In this document: positions 46,214 through 55,407 of the stretch, piece after piece
Layout of the letters: each line of letters begins with the position of its first letter
Position numbering within the stretch: the first letter of the stretch is position 1
Source: Limisphaerales bacterium
GTDB lineage: Bacteria; Verrucomicrobiota; Verrucomicrobiia; Limisphaerales; SXTU01
Direction of reading: 5' to 3'
Assembly: GCA_040081795.1 (NCBI GenBank)
Contig: JBEBFV010000001.1
Coordinates: 959 to 64,958, forward strand
Length of the DNA stretch: 64,000 nt
Translations under genes and position numbers: made by a program
Notes under the pieces: model-generated
Databases searched by the model: none
The model's input: the letters and a program-made list of their open reading frames with translations, nothing else
What the model was told of the DNA's origin: nothing

Positions 46214-47158
46214 ATGCCCTTCGACCGGGACGCACTAAAGCAGCGCCTTACCGCGCTGGCGGCCAGGAACATGTTCATTGGCACGTCGTCCTGGAAATAC
46301 CCTGGCTGGAAGGGGCTGCTCTACGACGAGGCGCGCTACGTGTATCGGGGCAAGTTCGCCGAGACCCGGTTCGAGCGGCTGTGCTTGGCCGAATATGCGG
46401 AGGTGTTCAAGACCGTGTGTGTGGATGCCGCCTACTACAGCTTCCCGTCAGAGACGTATCTGGCCGGACTGGCGGCTCAGGTGCCCGCCGATTTCCGCTT
46501 CACCTTCAAGGTCACGGACGACATCACACTGAAGCACTTCCCGAATCTCGCACGCTTCGGCAAGCGGGCGGGCCAGCCCAACCCGCACTTCCTCGATGCC
46601 GACCTGTTTGAGCGGGCCTTCCTGCGGCCCTGCGGGACACTGCTGCCCAAGGTGGGCATGCTCATCTTCGAGTTTTCCAAGTTCTACGCGGCGGACTACG
46701 AGCATGGCCGGGACTTCATCACGGCGCTCGACAAGTTCCTTGGCCGGATTCCCCCGGAGTGGTGCTATGGCGTTGAGCTGCGAAACCGGCATTGGTTGGT
46801 GCCCGAATACTTTGCCATGCTGGCCAGCCACGGCGTCGCGCACGTCTTCAACTCCTGGGCCGACATGCCGGTGGTGTCAGCGCAGATGGCCCTGCCCGGC
46901 TGCGTGACCAATCCGCAGCTCGTCGGTGCGCGCTTCCTGCTGAAGCCGGGCCGGAAATATCAGGAAGCGGTGGACATGTTTAGCCCCTACAACCGCGTGC
47001 AGGAGCCAAACCCGGAGGCCCGCGCCGCAGGTGCCAGGCTCATCGCGGACGGTGCGGCGGCTGGCGAGGCGCGCAAGACGCTGATCTACGTCAATAATCG
47101 GCTGGAGGGGAATGCGCTGGAGACCATCAGCGCAATGGTGGATGAATCAGGAGTCTAG
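46214..47158 (+). CDS. DUF72 (YecE-like) family protein
   Basis: FIGTSSWKYPGWKGLLY.. and the overall 314-aa pattern are typical of DUF72. Confidence 0.8.
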   Translation: MPFDRDALKQRLTALAARNMFIGTSSWKYPGWKGLLYDEARYVYRGKFAETRFERLCLAEYAEVFKTVCVDAAYYSFPSETYLAGLAAQVPADFRFTFKVTDDITLKHFPNLARFGKRAGQPNPHFLDADLFERAFLRPCGTLLPKVGMLIFEFSKFYAADYEHGRDFITALDKFLGRIPPEWCYGVELRNRHWLVPEYFAMLASHGVAHVFNSWADMPVVSAQMALPGCVTNPQLVGARFLLKPGRKYQEAVDMFSPYNRVQEPNPEARAAGARLIADGAAAGEARKTLIYVNNRLEGNALETISAMVDESGV

Positions 47159-47183
47159 CTGGCCTTGAGCCGCAGCGTCTCAC
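47102..47183. repeat. Direct repeat: DUF72 3' end / convergent junction, copy 1
   Basis: CTGGAGGGGAATGCGCTGGAGACCATCAGCGCAATGGTGGATGAATCAGGAGTCTAGCTGGCCTTGAGCCGCAGCG is alignable with 48074-48154. Confidence 0.6.
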
Positions 47184-47189
47184 CCGTCT

Positions 47190-47498
47190 TCAGGATAACT
47201 TTTCCTCTGCCCACTCACACGGTGCTGTTGGGCTGTCAGCGGGCAACAGAAACCGAAAGGTGACGGAATACCGACCCGCCACGAGCTGCTGGATCTCGTG
47301 AGCCAAGGCCCGGCCAGTTTCGTTGTAGCTCCGCCGGTCGAAGTCAGGTGGTGCGTCGTCGTGTTCACGATAGCGCACCAGCCAGGCATCGAAGCGGGCG
47401 CACAGATCCTCCGAAGCGCCCAGTTCCTTCGGGCCGAGTCCGCCCTCCGGCAGGAACAGCCCACAGATGTAATCAGCCATGACGATGAGTTTCTTCAC
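47190..47498 (-). CDS. Hypothetical 102-aa protein
   Basis: ORF with a 4-nt overlap to the upstream 109-aa ORF. No family recognised. Confidence 0.4.
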   Translation of the reverse strand: MKKLIVMADYICGLFLPEGGLGPKELGASEDLCARFDAWLVRYREHDDAPPDFDRRSYNETGRALAHEIQQLVAGRYSVTFRFLLPADSPTAPCEWAEEKLS

Positions 47499-47824
47499 GG
47501 GGGAGATGTGGCAACGTCCAGAGTCCCAAATTCTACCGCTTGGTTGGCTTTGCGGAGTCTGCGGCGGAGTCGTTCGTTAGTGTTGGGTGTTGCCGCTGTC
47601 TGGCGGCCTTCCGGCCCGCAGTATTCGCCGCTCGCCTCTGGTGGATACAACGCCGGCAGGGCCAGACAGCGACGACGGATCGCTTCAAGTTCGGGGTGGC
47701 CGATAGGAGACGCCGTGAAGTTGTCCCAAGCGCTCGCACTGCACTTGGCATACGCCATCGCCTGGACGATGCCGCCAACATCAAGCTGGCTCAGTCGTGG
47801 TTTCGGGTGACGCTTCTTCATCAT
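47495..47824 (-). CDS. Hypothetical 109-aa protein
   Basis: ORF coupled to 47190..47498. Confidence 0.4.
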   Translation of the reverse strand: MMKKRHPKPRLSQLDVGGIVQAMAYAKCSASAWDNFTASPIGHPELEAIRRRCLALPALYPPEASGEYCGPEGRQTAATPNTNERLRRRLRKANQAVEFGTLDVATSPP

Positions 47825-48073
47825 TGCTCAGAGTGCGCGTAACGGCACGCAACGCTTGGCAAGTTGAAACACGACACCATCTCCGTCAACCATCGGCTAG
47901 GGTAGTGCCTCCGTTTTGAATCCTGAGCGGAGAAACCCGTCTGGCGTGTCTCGTTGGAGGTAACAAACGGCAGAACCAAGCGCGGACTCGCCGCACGCCG
48001 CCAGACGGGAGAGTGGACGCGGAAGGTTTAGCAACCGGAAACCGGAGAGGCCAAGTTCAAATTGGGACACTGC

Positions 48074-48154
48074 CTTGGAGGGGAATGCACTCGAAATCAT
48101 CACCGCGATGGTGGAGGAAGCGGAAGTCTAACGGACCTTGAGCCGCACTCGCAG
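48074..48154. repeat. Direct repeat: orphan DUF72 3' end (..LEGNALEIITAMVEEAEV*) / junction, copy 2
   Basis: See 47102-47183. It overlaps the 3' end of the minus-strand gene 48128..48907. Confidence 0.6.
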
Positions 48155-48907
48155 AAGCAAGTCATTCAGCGCGGCCCGCGTGTCCTCGCCGGGCAGCTCT
48201 GGCAACTGGCTCTGGTCATGCGCCGCCTGAAGTTCGCCGCGCAGCCGCTGGTATTCCGACTCGTGGAACGCGATGTCCGCATCCTCCAGCTTCGACTTCT
48301 CCGGCCCAGCCAGCTTGCGCGCCACCAACTCGGCGAGGTAGGGCAGCCGGAACGCCTCGTTCAGCGTGACCAGATTCGCCTCCACCACGCCGGTCCGCAT
48401 CAGGTGAATGCCCGTGAGCAGGACGCGATACACGTAGAGCAGCGGCTTCACCCTGCGCGGCGATTCCTTGAGGAACAGTTTCCACTGCGTCTCCGCGAAG
48501 CCGAAGTAGTGATGCGAGTGATGCTCCGTGATGCAGCCAGGCGCGATGGCCTTCAACTCCGCGTGCTCCGGCGTCGTGTGGACGATGAGGGGCGAGAACA
48601 ACTGCTCCAGGACGTAGCCGTTCTTCTTGAGCAGCAGGCCAAAGAACTTCCGCACGTCATGGCTCACAATGTCCATCTCCAGCCCTTCAATGACGCGGGC
48701 CTCCTGCACCGTCTCGTCGCGCACGTCCAAGCCGATGATCTTGTCGAGCGGCAGCACATGCGCGCCGCGCAGGTCAAAGTCCGAGTCCGGCGACGGAAAC
48801 CCGTAGAGGTGCGCGCCGCTGATGGTAGCGAACAGCAGCGGATACGGCTGGTCCGCTACGATGCGGTGCAGGCGCGGGTCAATGGTCATGGGCATCACGG
48901 TGCTCAC
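48128..48907 (-). CDS. RlaP-like nucleotidyltransferase (RNA-repair-associated pol-beta superfamily)
   Basis: PYPLLFATISGAHLYGFPSPDSDFDLRGAHV.. is an NTase G-[SG]..D.D pattern. 259 aa. The start overlaps the pnkp stop. Confidence 0.65.
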   Translation of the reverse strand: MSTVMPMTIDPRLHRIVADQPYPLLFATISGAHLYGFPSPDSDFDLRGAHVLPLDKIIGLDVRDETVQEARVIEGLEMDIVSHDVRKFFGLLLKKNGYVLEQLFSPLIVHTTPEHAELKAIAPGCITEHHSHHYFGFAETQWKLFLKESPRRVKPLLYVYRVLLTGIHLMRTGVVEANLVTLNEAFRLPYLAELVARKLAGPEKSKLEDADIAFHESEYQRLRGELQAAHDQSQLPELPGEDTRAALNDLLLRVRLKVR

Positions 48908-51456
48908 AGTCGCGGGTCCACCGGCTCACTCTCCATGGCCAGCACGCCGAAGACGCACTCGTGGACACGCCGCAGCGGCTCGCCACGCGTGAACCGCTCC
49001 AACGCCTCGACCCCCAGCGCGAACTCCCGCAGGGCGAGCGAGCGCTTCGCGTTCAGTCCGCGTGAGCGCAGCCGCTCCAGGTTTTCGGGGGCGGTGTATT
49101 CCGGGCCGTAGATGATGCGCAGGTATTCCCGACCCCGGCATTTGACCGCCGGTTGGATCAGCCCCCGCTTGCCGCGCACCACAAAGTCAAGCGGCTTCAC
49201 CACCATGCCTTCACCACCGAGCGCCGTGAGTTCCTCCCACCAACGGACGGCGGCGGCCTCGCTGTCGGGGTTGGTCACCTCGACGACTTGAAAGGGCGTG
49301 GCGATGAGGATGCCACCGGCCAGCCGCGCCAGAGTCTGCATGTGCCAGTCGTTGGGTTTGTCCACGTGGACCTTGCCCTCCGTTGCCAGCAGGTGGAAGG
49401 GAGCGAGCTTGAGGTCGTCCACCGAGTTCACCGGCCAGCAGTAGCGACGGTAGGAGGCGACATAGTCGGCAGCCATTTCACGCCGGGCACCGGTGCGGAG
49501 AAGCAGGTCGCCCACGTCCAGGCCACGGCCATCGGCTTGCTTCAGCAGCCCGACTGCGTCGCCTAGCATCGCCCCGGCGGATGCGCCCACCGGGGCGTAT
49601 TGCTCTTTCAGCAACCCCTGAGCCTTCGCCGACCACGGCATCAGCTCGCAGTCGAGGCAGGCCCAGTCGGTTTGGAACTCGTCCCAGAACCCGGCCCGCG
49701 TCACCGCGTCGCGCACATGTTCGAGGAAGCCGGTTTCCATGACCGTGTCGTCAAAGAACCGCCGACCCGTGCGCGTGTAGCAGACGCCGAAGCCCTCACC
49801 CGTAACGCCGAAGCGTTTTCTCGCCACATCCTCATCACGGCAGACAATCACGACGGCGCGTGAACCCATGTGCTTCTCCTCGCAGACCACGCGGGGCACG
49901 CCTTCATGGCGGTAGTAGGCGAACGCCTCCGCAGGATGCTCCAGCAAACCGGGCTGCTGGCTCGTGCCACTGGGCGACATCGTGGGCGGCAGGTAAATCA
50001 GCCACTTCGGATTTGTGGCGAAGCGGCTCATCACCTCCAGCGCGGCGGTGGCGTTCTCCTCCCGGATGGTCACGTTCCCGTGCAGGCGCGTGCTGACGAT
50101 GCGCTTGCCCATCACGTCGGCGAGGTCGAGCAAGTCGTCGTGCTGCTGCTGCGCGGACAAGGTCGGTGCCTGAGCTTCTGGCAGGAGAAACGGTTTGCGC
50201 GGCTCGGCGTAAGTCTGTTTGGCGGCAACCGAGACCAGTTCCCGCTCCGGATACCGCAGCGCCGTGAGCTTCCCGCCGAAGACGCAGCCGGTGTCGATGT
50301 TGAGGGTGCGGTTCAGCCACTCCGGCTCTGGCACCGGCGTGTGCCCATAGACTACCGCCGCCGAGCCGCGATACTCGGCGGCCCAGTTGTAGCGCACCGG
50401 CAGACCAAACTCGTCCGTCTCGCCCGTGGTCTCGCCGAACAGGGCGAACTCTCGCACCGCCCCGGAGCCGCGCCCCTGCATGGATTCCTTCATGCCCGCG
50501 TGGGCGACCACCAGCTTGCCGTCGTCGAGCACGTAATGGCTCACGAGCGAGTCAATGAACTCCGCCGCGACGCGACTGAACCCCCGGTAGTGCTGCTCGT
50601 AGGCTTCAAACTGGGCCAGCGTCTCCGCCAGCCCGTGCGTGATTTGCACGTCCTTGCCCCAGACCTTGCGCATGAACTTCATGTCGTGGTTGCCCGGCAC
50701 GCACAGCGCGCTGCCGAACTTCACGCTGTCCATCACGAGCCGCACGACTTCGGGCACCTTCGGTCCGCGGTCCACCAGGTCGCCCACGAAGACGAGCTTG
50801 CGGCCTGCCGGGTGATGCCACGCGCCCGCGCTCTGCCCCGTTTCATAGCCCAGCTTCGCCAGCAGCTCGACCAGCTCATCGAGGCACCCATGCACATCGC
50901 CGATGAGGTCAAACGGGCCGTGCTCGTGCTTCAGGTTGTTCCAAAGCGGCTCACGCACGATCTCGACCGTCTCGATTTCCTCCAGCGACTTGAGCACATG
51001 CACATGGCGAAAACCTTCGCGCTCCAGCCCGCGCAGCGACTGGTGCAGTTGCGTGGCCTGCTGCCGAATGACGTGCGGCCCGAAGTTGCGGTCGGGCCGG
51101 GTCTGGTTGCGCTCGTGCGCGACGCGCTCCGGCACGTCGAGCACGATGGCCACGGGCAGGCAGTGGAACTCCCGTGCGAGCTGCACCAGCGGCTTGCGCG
51201 CCTCCGGCTGGACGTTGGTGGCGTCCACCACCGTGAGCTTGCCCGCTGCGAGCCGCTTGCGTGCAATGAAGTGGAGCACGTCAAACGCGTCCTTCGTCGC
51301 CGCCTGGCTGTTCTCTTCATCGGACACCAGCCCGCGACAGTAGTCCGAGGAAAGCACCTCCGTCGGCTTGAAGTGCCGCCGCGCAAACGTGCTCTTGCCA
51401 GAGCCGGACACGCCGACCAGCACGACGAGGGAGAGTTCGGGGACGGTGAGTTTCAT
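48904..51456 (-). CDS. pnkp: Polynucleotide kinase-phosphatase-ligase (bacterial Pnkp)
   Basis: Kinase P-loop LVGVSGSGKSTF. Metallophosphoesterase motifs GDVHGC, GDLVDRG and GNHD. A C-terminal adenylyltransferase-like region has CEEKHMGSRAV. 850 aa. Confidence 0.9.
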   Translation of the reverse strand: MKLTVPELSLVVLVGVSGSGKSTFARRHFKPTEVLSSDYCRGLVSDEENSQAATKDAFDVLHFIARKRLAAGKLTVVDATNVQPEARKPLVQLAREFHCLPVAIVLDVPERVAHERNQTRPDRNFGPHVIRQQATQLHQSLRGLEREGFRHVHVLKSLEEIETVEIVREPLWNNLKHEHGPFDLIGDVHGCLDELVELLAKLGYETGQSAGAWHHPAGRKLVFVGDLVDRGPKVPEVVRLVMDSVKFGSALCVPGNHDMKFMRKVWGKDVQITHGLAETLAQFEAYEQHYRGFSRVAAEFIDSLVSHYVLDDGKLVVAHAGMKESMQGRGSGAVREFALFGETTGETDEFGLPVRYNWAAEYRGSAAVVYGHTPVPEPEWLNRTLNIDTGCVFGGKLTALRYPERELVSVAAKQTYAEPRKPFLLPEAQAPTLSAQQQHDDLLDLADVMGKRIVSTRLHGNVTIREENATAALEVMSRFATNPKWLIYLPPTMSPSGTSQQPGLLEHPAEAFAYYRHEGVPRVVCEEKHMGSRAVVIVCRDEDVARKRFGVTGEGFGVCYTRTGRRFFDDTVMETGFLEHVRDAVTRAGFWDEFQTDWACLDCELMPWSAKAQGLLKEQYAPVGASAGAMLGDAVGLLKQADGRGLDVGDLLLRTGARREMAADYVASYRRYCWPVNSVDDLKLAPFHLLATEGKVHVDKPNDWHMQTLARLAGGILIATPFQVVEVTNPDSEAAAVRWWEELTALGGEGMVVKPLDFVVRGKRGLIQPAVKCRGREYLRIIYGPEYTAPENLERLRSRGLNAKRSLALREFALGVEALERFTRGEPLRRVHECVFGVLAMESEPVDPRL

Positions 51457-51621
51457 TGTCGGCTGCCGCCGTGCGCTACAGGTCTTGCACCTGCCCGACC
51501 CCCATCATCCTGCCTTTGGCCCGTTCGGGCGGGGGGGCATGCTGCTTTTGCGTCAGGCTCGCTTACATCAAGCGCACGGCTAGCTTGAGACTACGGGTTT
51601 AGAGCCTTCGTGTGCAATCCA

Positions 51622-53922
51622 CTACGGCTGGGGCTTCAGAAGTTTCTCCGCACTGGCAGTCATTTCAACAGCGTGCTGTCTGCGATTCTCCATGGCCTCA
51701 TTGCTCTGCGGCACTGGCAACTGTTGCAGGCCTGCCAGCCACTCTTTGATGAACCGAATGAACACCTCGGTGTGCGTGCAAGCTTGTTTGATGAAGTGCT
51801 CCCAGTTCTTCAAAACGCGTGCGCTCACCGCGTTGTGAATCGCTTCAAGCGAGTTGTGAACACCACTTTGAAGGTGCCCGCGCATCCGTGCTGCGCATCC
51901 AGTGCCCCCCTCGCCTCCGATAAGACTGAACGCTGGCGATAGAATTTCCCGAATCTCAGGCGTAAGCCTCGCACGTAAAGATTCGTAGTCGTCCGTGCTC
52001 TTGCGAAAATCCTCTCGTAAGGCCTTTAGTTGAAGCGTCGCTTTCGTTCCGAAGTCTGCCATGCGCTCGTCCACGAACCGCACGGTGGCCGGGTCTTGGG
52101 CCAAAGCGAAGCCCCTCGCCTCCTGGATAATCTTCTCAATGGAGTGTATCAACTCGTCCAGTTTAGTGCCGCAGATGATTTCGATAAGCCGGTCACGGTC
52201 TTGCACCCAAGTCGCTCTGAGCTGCTCGCAATAAATTTCAGCCAAGTCCCCTTGAATGTGATACTCACGTCCATCATACGTCGTGTGCCATCCGCGCTTT
52301 GAGCCAAGCGCCCTCATCGTCCTCCAGTGCAATCCGGTCCACACTTCCATCCTCCATCGCAGCGGATTCTGGAATCCGCGTTGCGCGTGCATCAGGATTT
52401 CCGCTGCCTTCTGGTGAAAGCTTGACTCGATTTGTCCGAGTAACCGCTCACTGTCGTCGGTTTCAACGAGGAACTGCGTGACACCGGCCTCAACGTGTTT
52501 TGCAATTTCACGGTAAGCTTCGGCTTGGCCGGCCAAGCCGAGTTCAGCTCCCATCCTCTGGCGGCGAAAAAAGTCGATGACCGAACCCACCTCGCTTTCC
52601 AGGTGGCTTTGCATTCGCCTGAGAAAATGAGTGCTCAAATACTGCTCCGTGGATTCTTGAAGCACACGTCGCATCTTCGGGATGCCAGTCTTCTCCGTGT
52701 CCTCGTCGAAGCGAAGGAAACGAGACATCATTTCCAGATTTGCAGGTTTGTAGGGATTATCCCGCACCCTAGTTCGCAGCCCTCGGTCGCTGAGTTGCCG
52801 AAAAGTTTTGGCAGATACAAAATGCACCGGCATCGAGTTCACGAACTCATCGAGGCGAGCGACGAGTTTGGCGTCAGCGAACTTGTCGCGCACTAACTGA
52901 CGTAACTGTCGTCGAAAATGGGCTTCCTGCTCTCGACAGTGGGCCTCAAGAAACGGCCATGTTGATGGTGCGTCTTCCGGGACGTTTTCTAAAGGCTGCT
53001 CGTCAATGACCGTGCGAACCACCATCACTCGCTGCTGGTTTCGCTCGGTGCTCTCAGCGATTTCCGACAGGATGGAAGTCTGCTTGAACCACTCCATGAC
53101 ATCGCTGCCCAACTGAGTGCCTTTCGTAATCAGCATCAATCCAGCAACTTTACTTTGGGCCTGCTCGGTGACTTCCGTCCTAAACGGGTCGATGTCGTTG
53201 GTTCCGGGCATGTCGATGAGTTCCATCTGTGGTGCCCACTCAGGAAACCGCCCTTCCAGAACGCACTCCTCGACAACGAATGCCTTCTTGCCCTGCGCTG
53301 CCAGGTGCTCTGCAACCGCCGCGTCGTCCTCGACAGCGATTTCACGGCTCGCTCCAAATTCGTCAAAAGTGATGCCTTCGGGACGAACGAGGCATTGCTT
53401 GCAGAACTCCACTATCTGAGCTGGGGAGCGGTCACGGATTCCAAAGAAGCCGATAAATCTACCGAGCGCCTTTCGGATTTCCTCGCCCGCAGTCGCGGCA
53501 GACTCCTCGCCAGAGAGCGCCGTTTCAGCATCCTTGAGTCCGTCTTTGAGCTTCGACAGGAAATCCTCTTGAGAAACGTAGCGCACCGTCATCCTGTAAC
53601 CGTCAATTTCCAGGTAGCGACACCGCACCACGGCGGCGGAACACGCTCCAACATGGCCTTCCGTGAGAATCTTCCGACCCAAGAGCACGTTGACGAGAGT
53701 GCTCTTGCCATTCTGCGAGCTACCCAGCAGGTGAATCGCAAAGCGAGGCTCGTCTTTGAGTTCTGCCCGGAGAGCGTTCAACCGCTCGACTCGCTCTTTG
53801 AAGAATTTCGTCGTCTCTGGCGATGCGAAGTAGGCTTCCGCCTTCGGTCGAAGTTCAGCCGAGATGGCGTGAATTGCGTTCTCGGCTATTGCCAGCAACT
53901 CGATGGTTGAAGTTTTCGGCAT
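51622..53922 (-). CDS. Dynamin-family large GTPase-like protein
   Basis: G1 is LLGSSQNGKSTLVNVLLG and G3 is LIDMPGTND. A long helical C-terminal region follows. 766 aa. Confidence 0.65.
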   Translation of the reverse strand: MPKTSTIELLAIAENAIHAISAELRPKAEAYFASPETTKFFKERVERLNALRAELKDEPRFAIHLLGSSQNGKSTLVNVLLGRKILTEGHVGACSAAVVRCRYLEIDGYRMTVRYVSQEDFLSKLKDGLKDAETALSGEESAATAGEEIRKALGRFIGFFGIRDRSPAQIVEFCKQCLVRPEGITFDEFGASREIAVEDDAAVAEHLAAQGKKAFVVEECVLEGRFPEWAPQMELIDMPGTNDIDPFRTEVTEQAQSKVAGLMLITKGTQLGSDVMEWFKQTSILSEIAESTERNQQRVMVVRTVIDEQPLENVPEDAPSTWPFLEAHCREQEAHFRRQLRQLVRDKFADAKLVARLDEFVNSMPVHFVSAKTFRQLSDRGLRTRVRDNPYKPANLEMMSRFLRFDEDTEKTGIPKMRRVLQESTEQYLSTHFLRRMQSHLESEVGSVIDFFRRQRMGAELGLAGQAEAYREIAKHVEAGVTQFLVETDDSERLLGQIESSFHQKAAEILMHAQRGFQNPLRWRMEVWTGLHWRTMRALGSKRGWHTTYDGREYHIQGDLAEIYCEQLRATWVQDRDRLIEIICGTKLDELIHSIEKIIQEARGFALAQDPATVRFVDERMADFGTKATLQLKALREDFRKSTDDYESLRARLTPEIREILSPAFSLIGGEGGTGCAARMRGHLQSGVHNSLEAIHNAVSARVLKNWEHFIKQACTHTEVFIRFIKEWLAGLQQLPVPQSNEAMENRRQHAVEMTASAEKLLKPQP

Positions 53923-53961
53923 GGTTGAAACCCTATTTTACTTCTCGATTCGCGTCGAGAA

Positions 53962-55380
53962 TTACGAACCCCCACGCGTCCGCTCGAACACCCCCATCTG
54001 CGTCGGTGAGCCGACGGTCGCATCCTCCGGCCCGACTGGCAGAAACCGCACCGCGTAGCCGAAGCGGGCGGCGATGCCGTTGGCCCACCCCTGAAACTCC
54101 GCACGCGTCCACTCGAAGCGGTGGTCGCGGTGGCGGAACTTGCCCGCCGGAAGGGTCTCCCATTTCACGTTGTATTCGCGGTTGGGCGTGGTGAGCACCA
54201 CGGTGCCGGGCCGGGCGAACTCGAAGAGCACGCGCTCGAACGCCGCCAGGCGCGGCGGGTCGAGGTGTTCAACGACCTCGACGACAGCAGCGGCATCGAA
54301 GCCGGCCAGCCGCTCGTCCCGATACATGAGCGAGCCGTGCAGGAGCTTGAGTCGCTCCTTTTGCAGCGCGGGCAGGCGGTCGTAGTGCAGGTTCTCCACC
54401 GCCATCTCCAGCACGCGATGCGACACGTCCAGCCCGACGATGCGCGTGAACTGGCGTTCCTTGAGCAGCATGCGCAGCAGCTTTCCTTCGCCGCAGCCGA
54501 GGTCGAGCACGGAGGTTGCGCCAGCGGCCTTGAGCACGGCGAGCACGGTCCCGAGGCGCTGCTCGTTCAGACTCAGGGCACGCTCGACGGTCGCCTCCTC
54601 CTGAGCTTGGGCCTCCGCAGTGTCGTCGGGATGCGGGTCGCTCTCGTCCACGAGCTGGGCGAGCGCGTCCGTGACGAGGCTGCGCTGGTGCTTCAGGTAG
54701 CGGCGCGTGATGGCGTCACGTTCGGGATGCGCGGCGAGCCAGCCTTCGCCGTGGCGCAGGAGCTTGCTCACTTCGTCGTCGCCGACCCAATAGTGCTTGT
54801 CGTTGTCGAGCACCGGCACGAGCACGTAGAGGTGGCTGAGGAACTGGTGCAGCGGGAGCGTGGCCTCCAGCTCGACGCGGTGATAAGCGCTCTCGCCCCA
54901 GGCCGGGAAGGTTTCGTCGAGTGGCAGTCGCGTGGCACTGACACGATAGCCGAGCGGCTCAAAGAGCTTGCGCAGGAATTCCTCGCCCCCTCGACAGGGC
55001 AACGCGGGAAGTTGGACGCGCAGTGGCAGCGGCGTCTGGGACAGTCCCGGATGGTCTTTGCACTCCGTGCCCGACAGCGCGCTGCCGAAGACCTCCGCGA
55101 TGGCCACGCTGAGGAACGACGAGGCGGCGTAGGGCCGGTCGTTGACGTATTGCTCCAGCAAGCCGCCCTCACCGGACGGGCCGCGCCGCTTGCGCACGAG
55201 TCCCACCGGGTCCACCTCCACGAGCAGCGCCACCGAGCAGCGTTCCTCGCCCGCTTCGGGATAGAAGACATGGGCGTTGCCGAACGTGAGTTCAAACGAC
55301 TGCGAGCGCGCCGGGTTCTTGCGGAGCAAGTAGCCCAAGTCCGTCGCGGGACGGTGCGTGGTCGTCAAGGTGAGTAGCAT
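53962..55380 (-). CDS. hen1: Bacterial Hen1 RNA 3'-terminal 2'-O-methyltransferase
   Basis: The N-terminus MLLTLTTTHRPATDLGYLLRKNP is typical of bacterial Hen1. The C-terminal SAM motif is VLDLGCGEGKLL. 472 aa. Confidence 0.88.
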   Translation of the reverse strand: MLLTLTTTHRPATDLGYLLRKNPARSQSFELTFGNAHVFYPEAGEERCSVALLVEVDPVGLVRKRRGPSGEGGLLEQYVNDRPYAASSFLSVAIAEVFGSALSGTECKDHPGLSQTPLPLRVQLPALPCRGGEEFLRKLFEPLGYRVSATRLPLDETFPAWGESAYHRVELEATLPLHQFLSHLYVLVPVLDNDKHYWVGDDEVSKLLRHGEGWLAAHPERDAITRRYLKHQRSLVTDALAQLVDESDPHPDDTAEAQAQEEATVERALSLNEQRLGTVLAVLKAAGATSVLDLGCGEGKLLRMLLKERQFTRIVGLDVSHRVLEMAVENLHYDRLPALQKERLKLLHGSLMYRDERLAGFDAAAVVEVVEHLDPPRLAAFERVLFEFARPGTVVLTTPNREYNVKWETLPAGKFRHRDHRFEWTRAEFQGWANGIAARFGYAVRFLPVGPEDATVGSPTQMGVFERTRGGS

Positions 55381-55407
55381 GGGAGGAAGCTATTGAGTTC
55401 CTGGTGC

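Noticed and set aside
48062-55377. Long plus-strand ORFs (48062..49111, 49870..51588, 53155..53910, 54121..55377) across the RNA-repair operon
   Set aside because: They are antisense to genes with strong catalytic motifs (Pnkp, Hen1, GTPase). Their translations are R/H/L/E-rich with no motifs.
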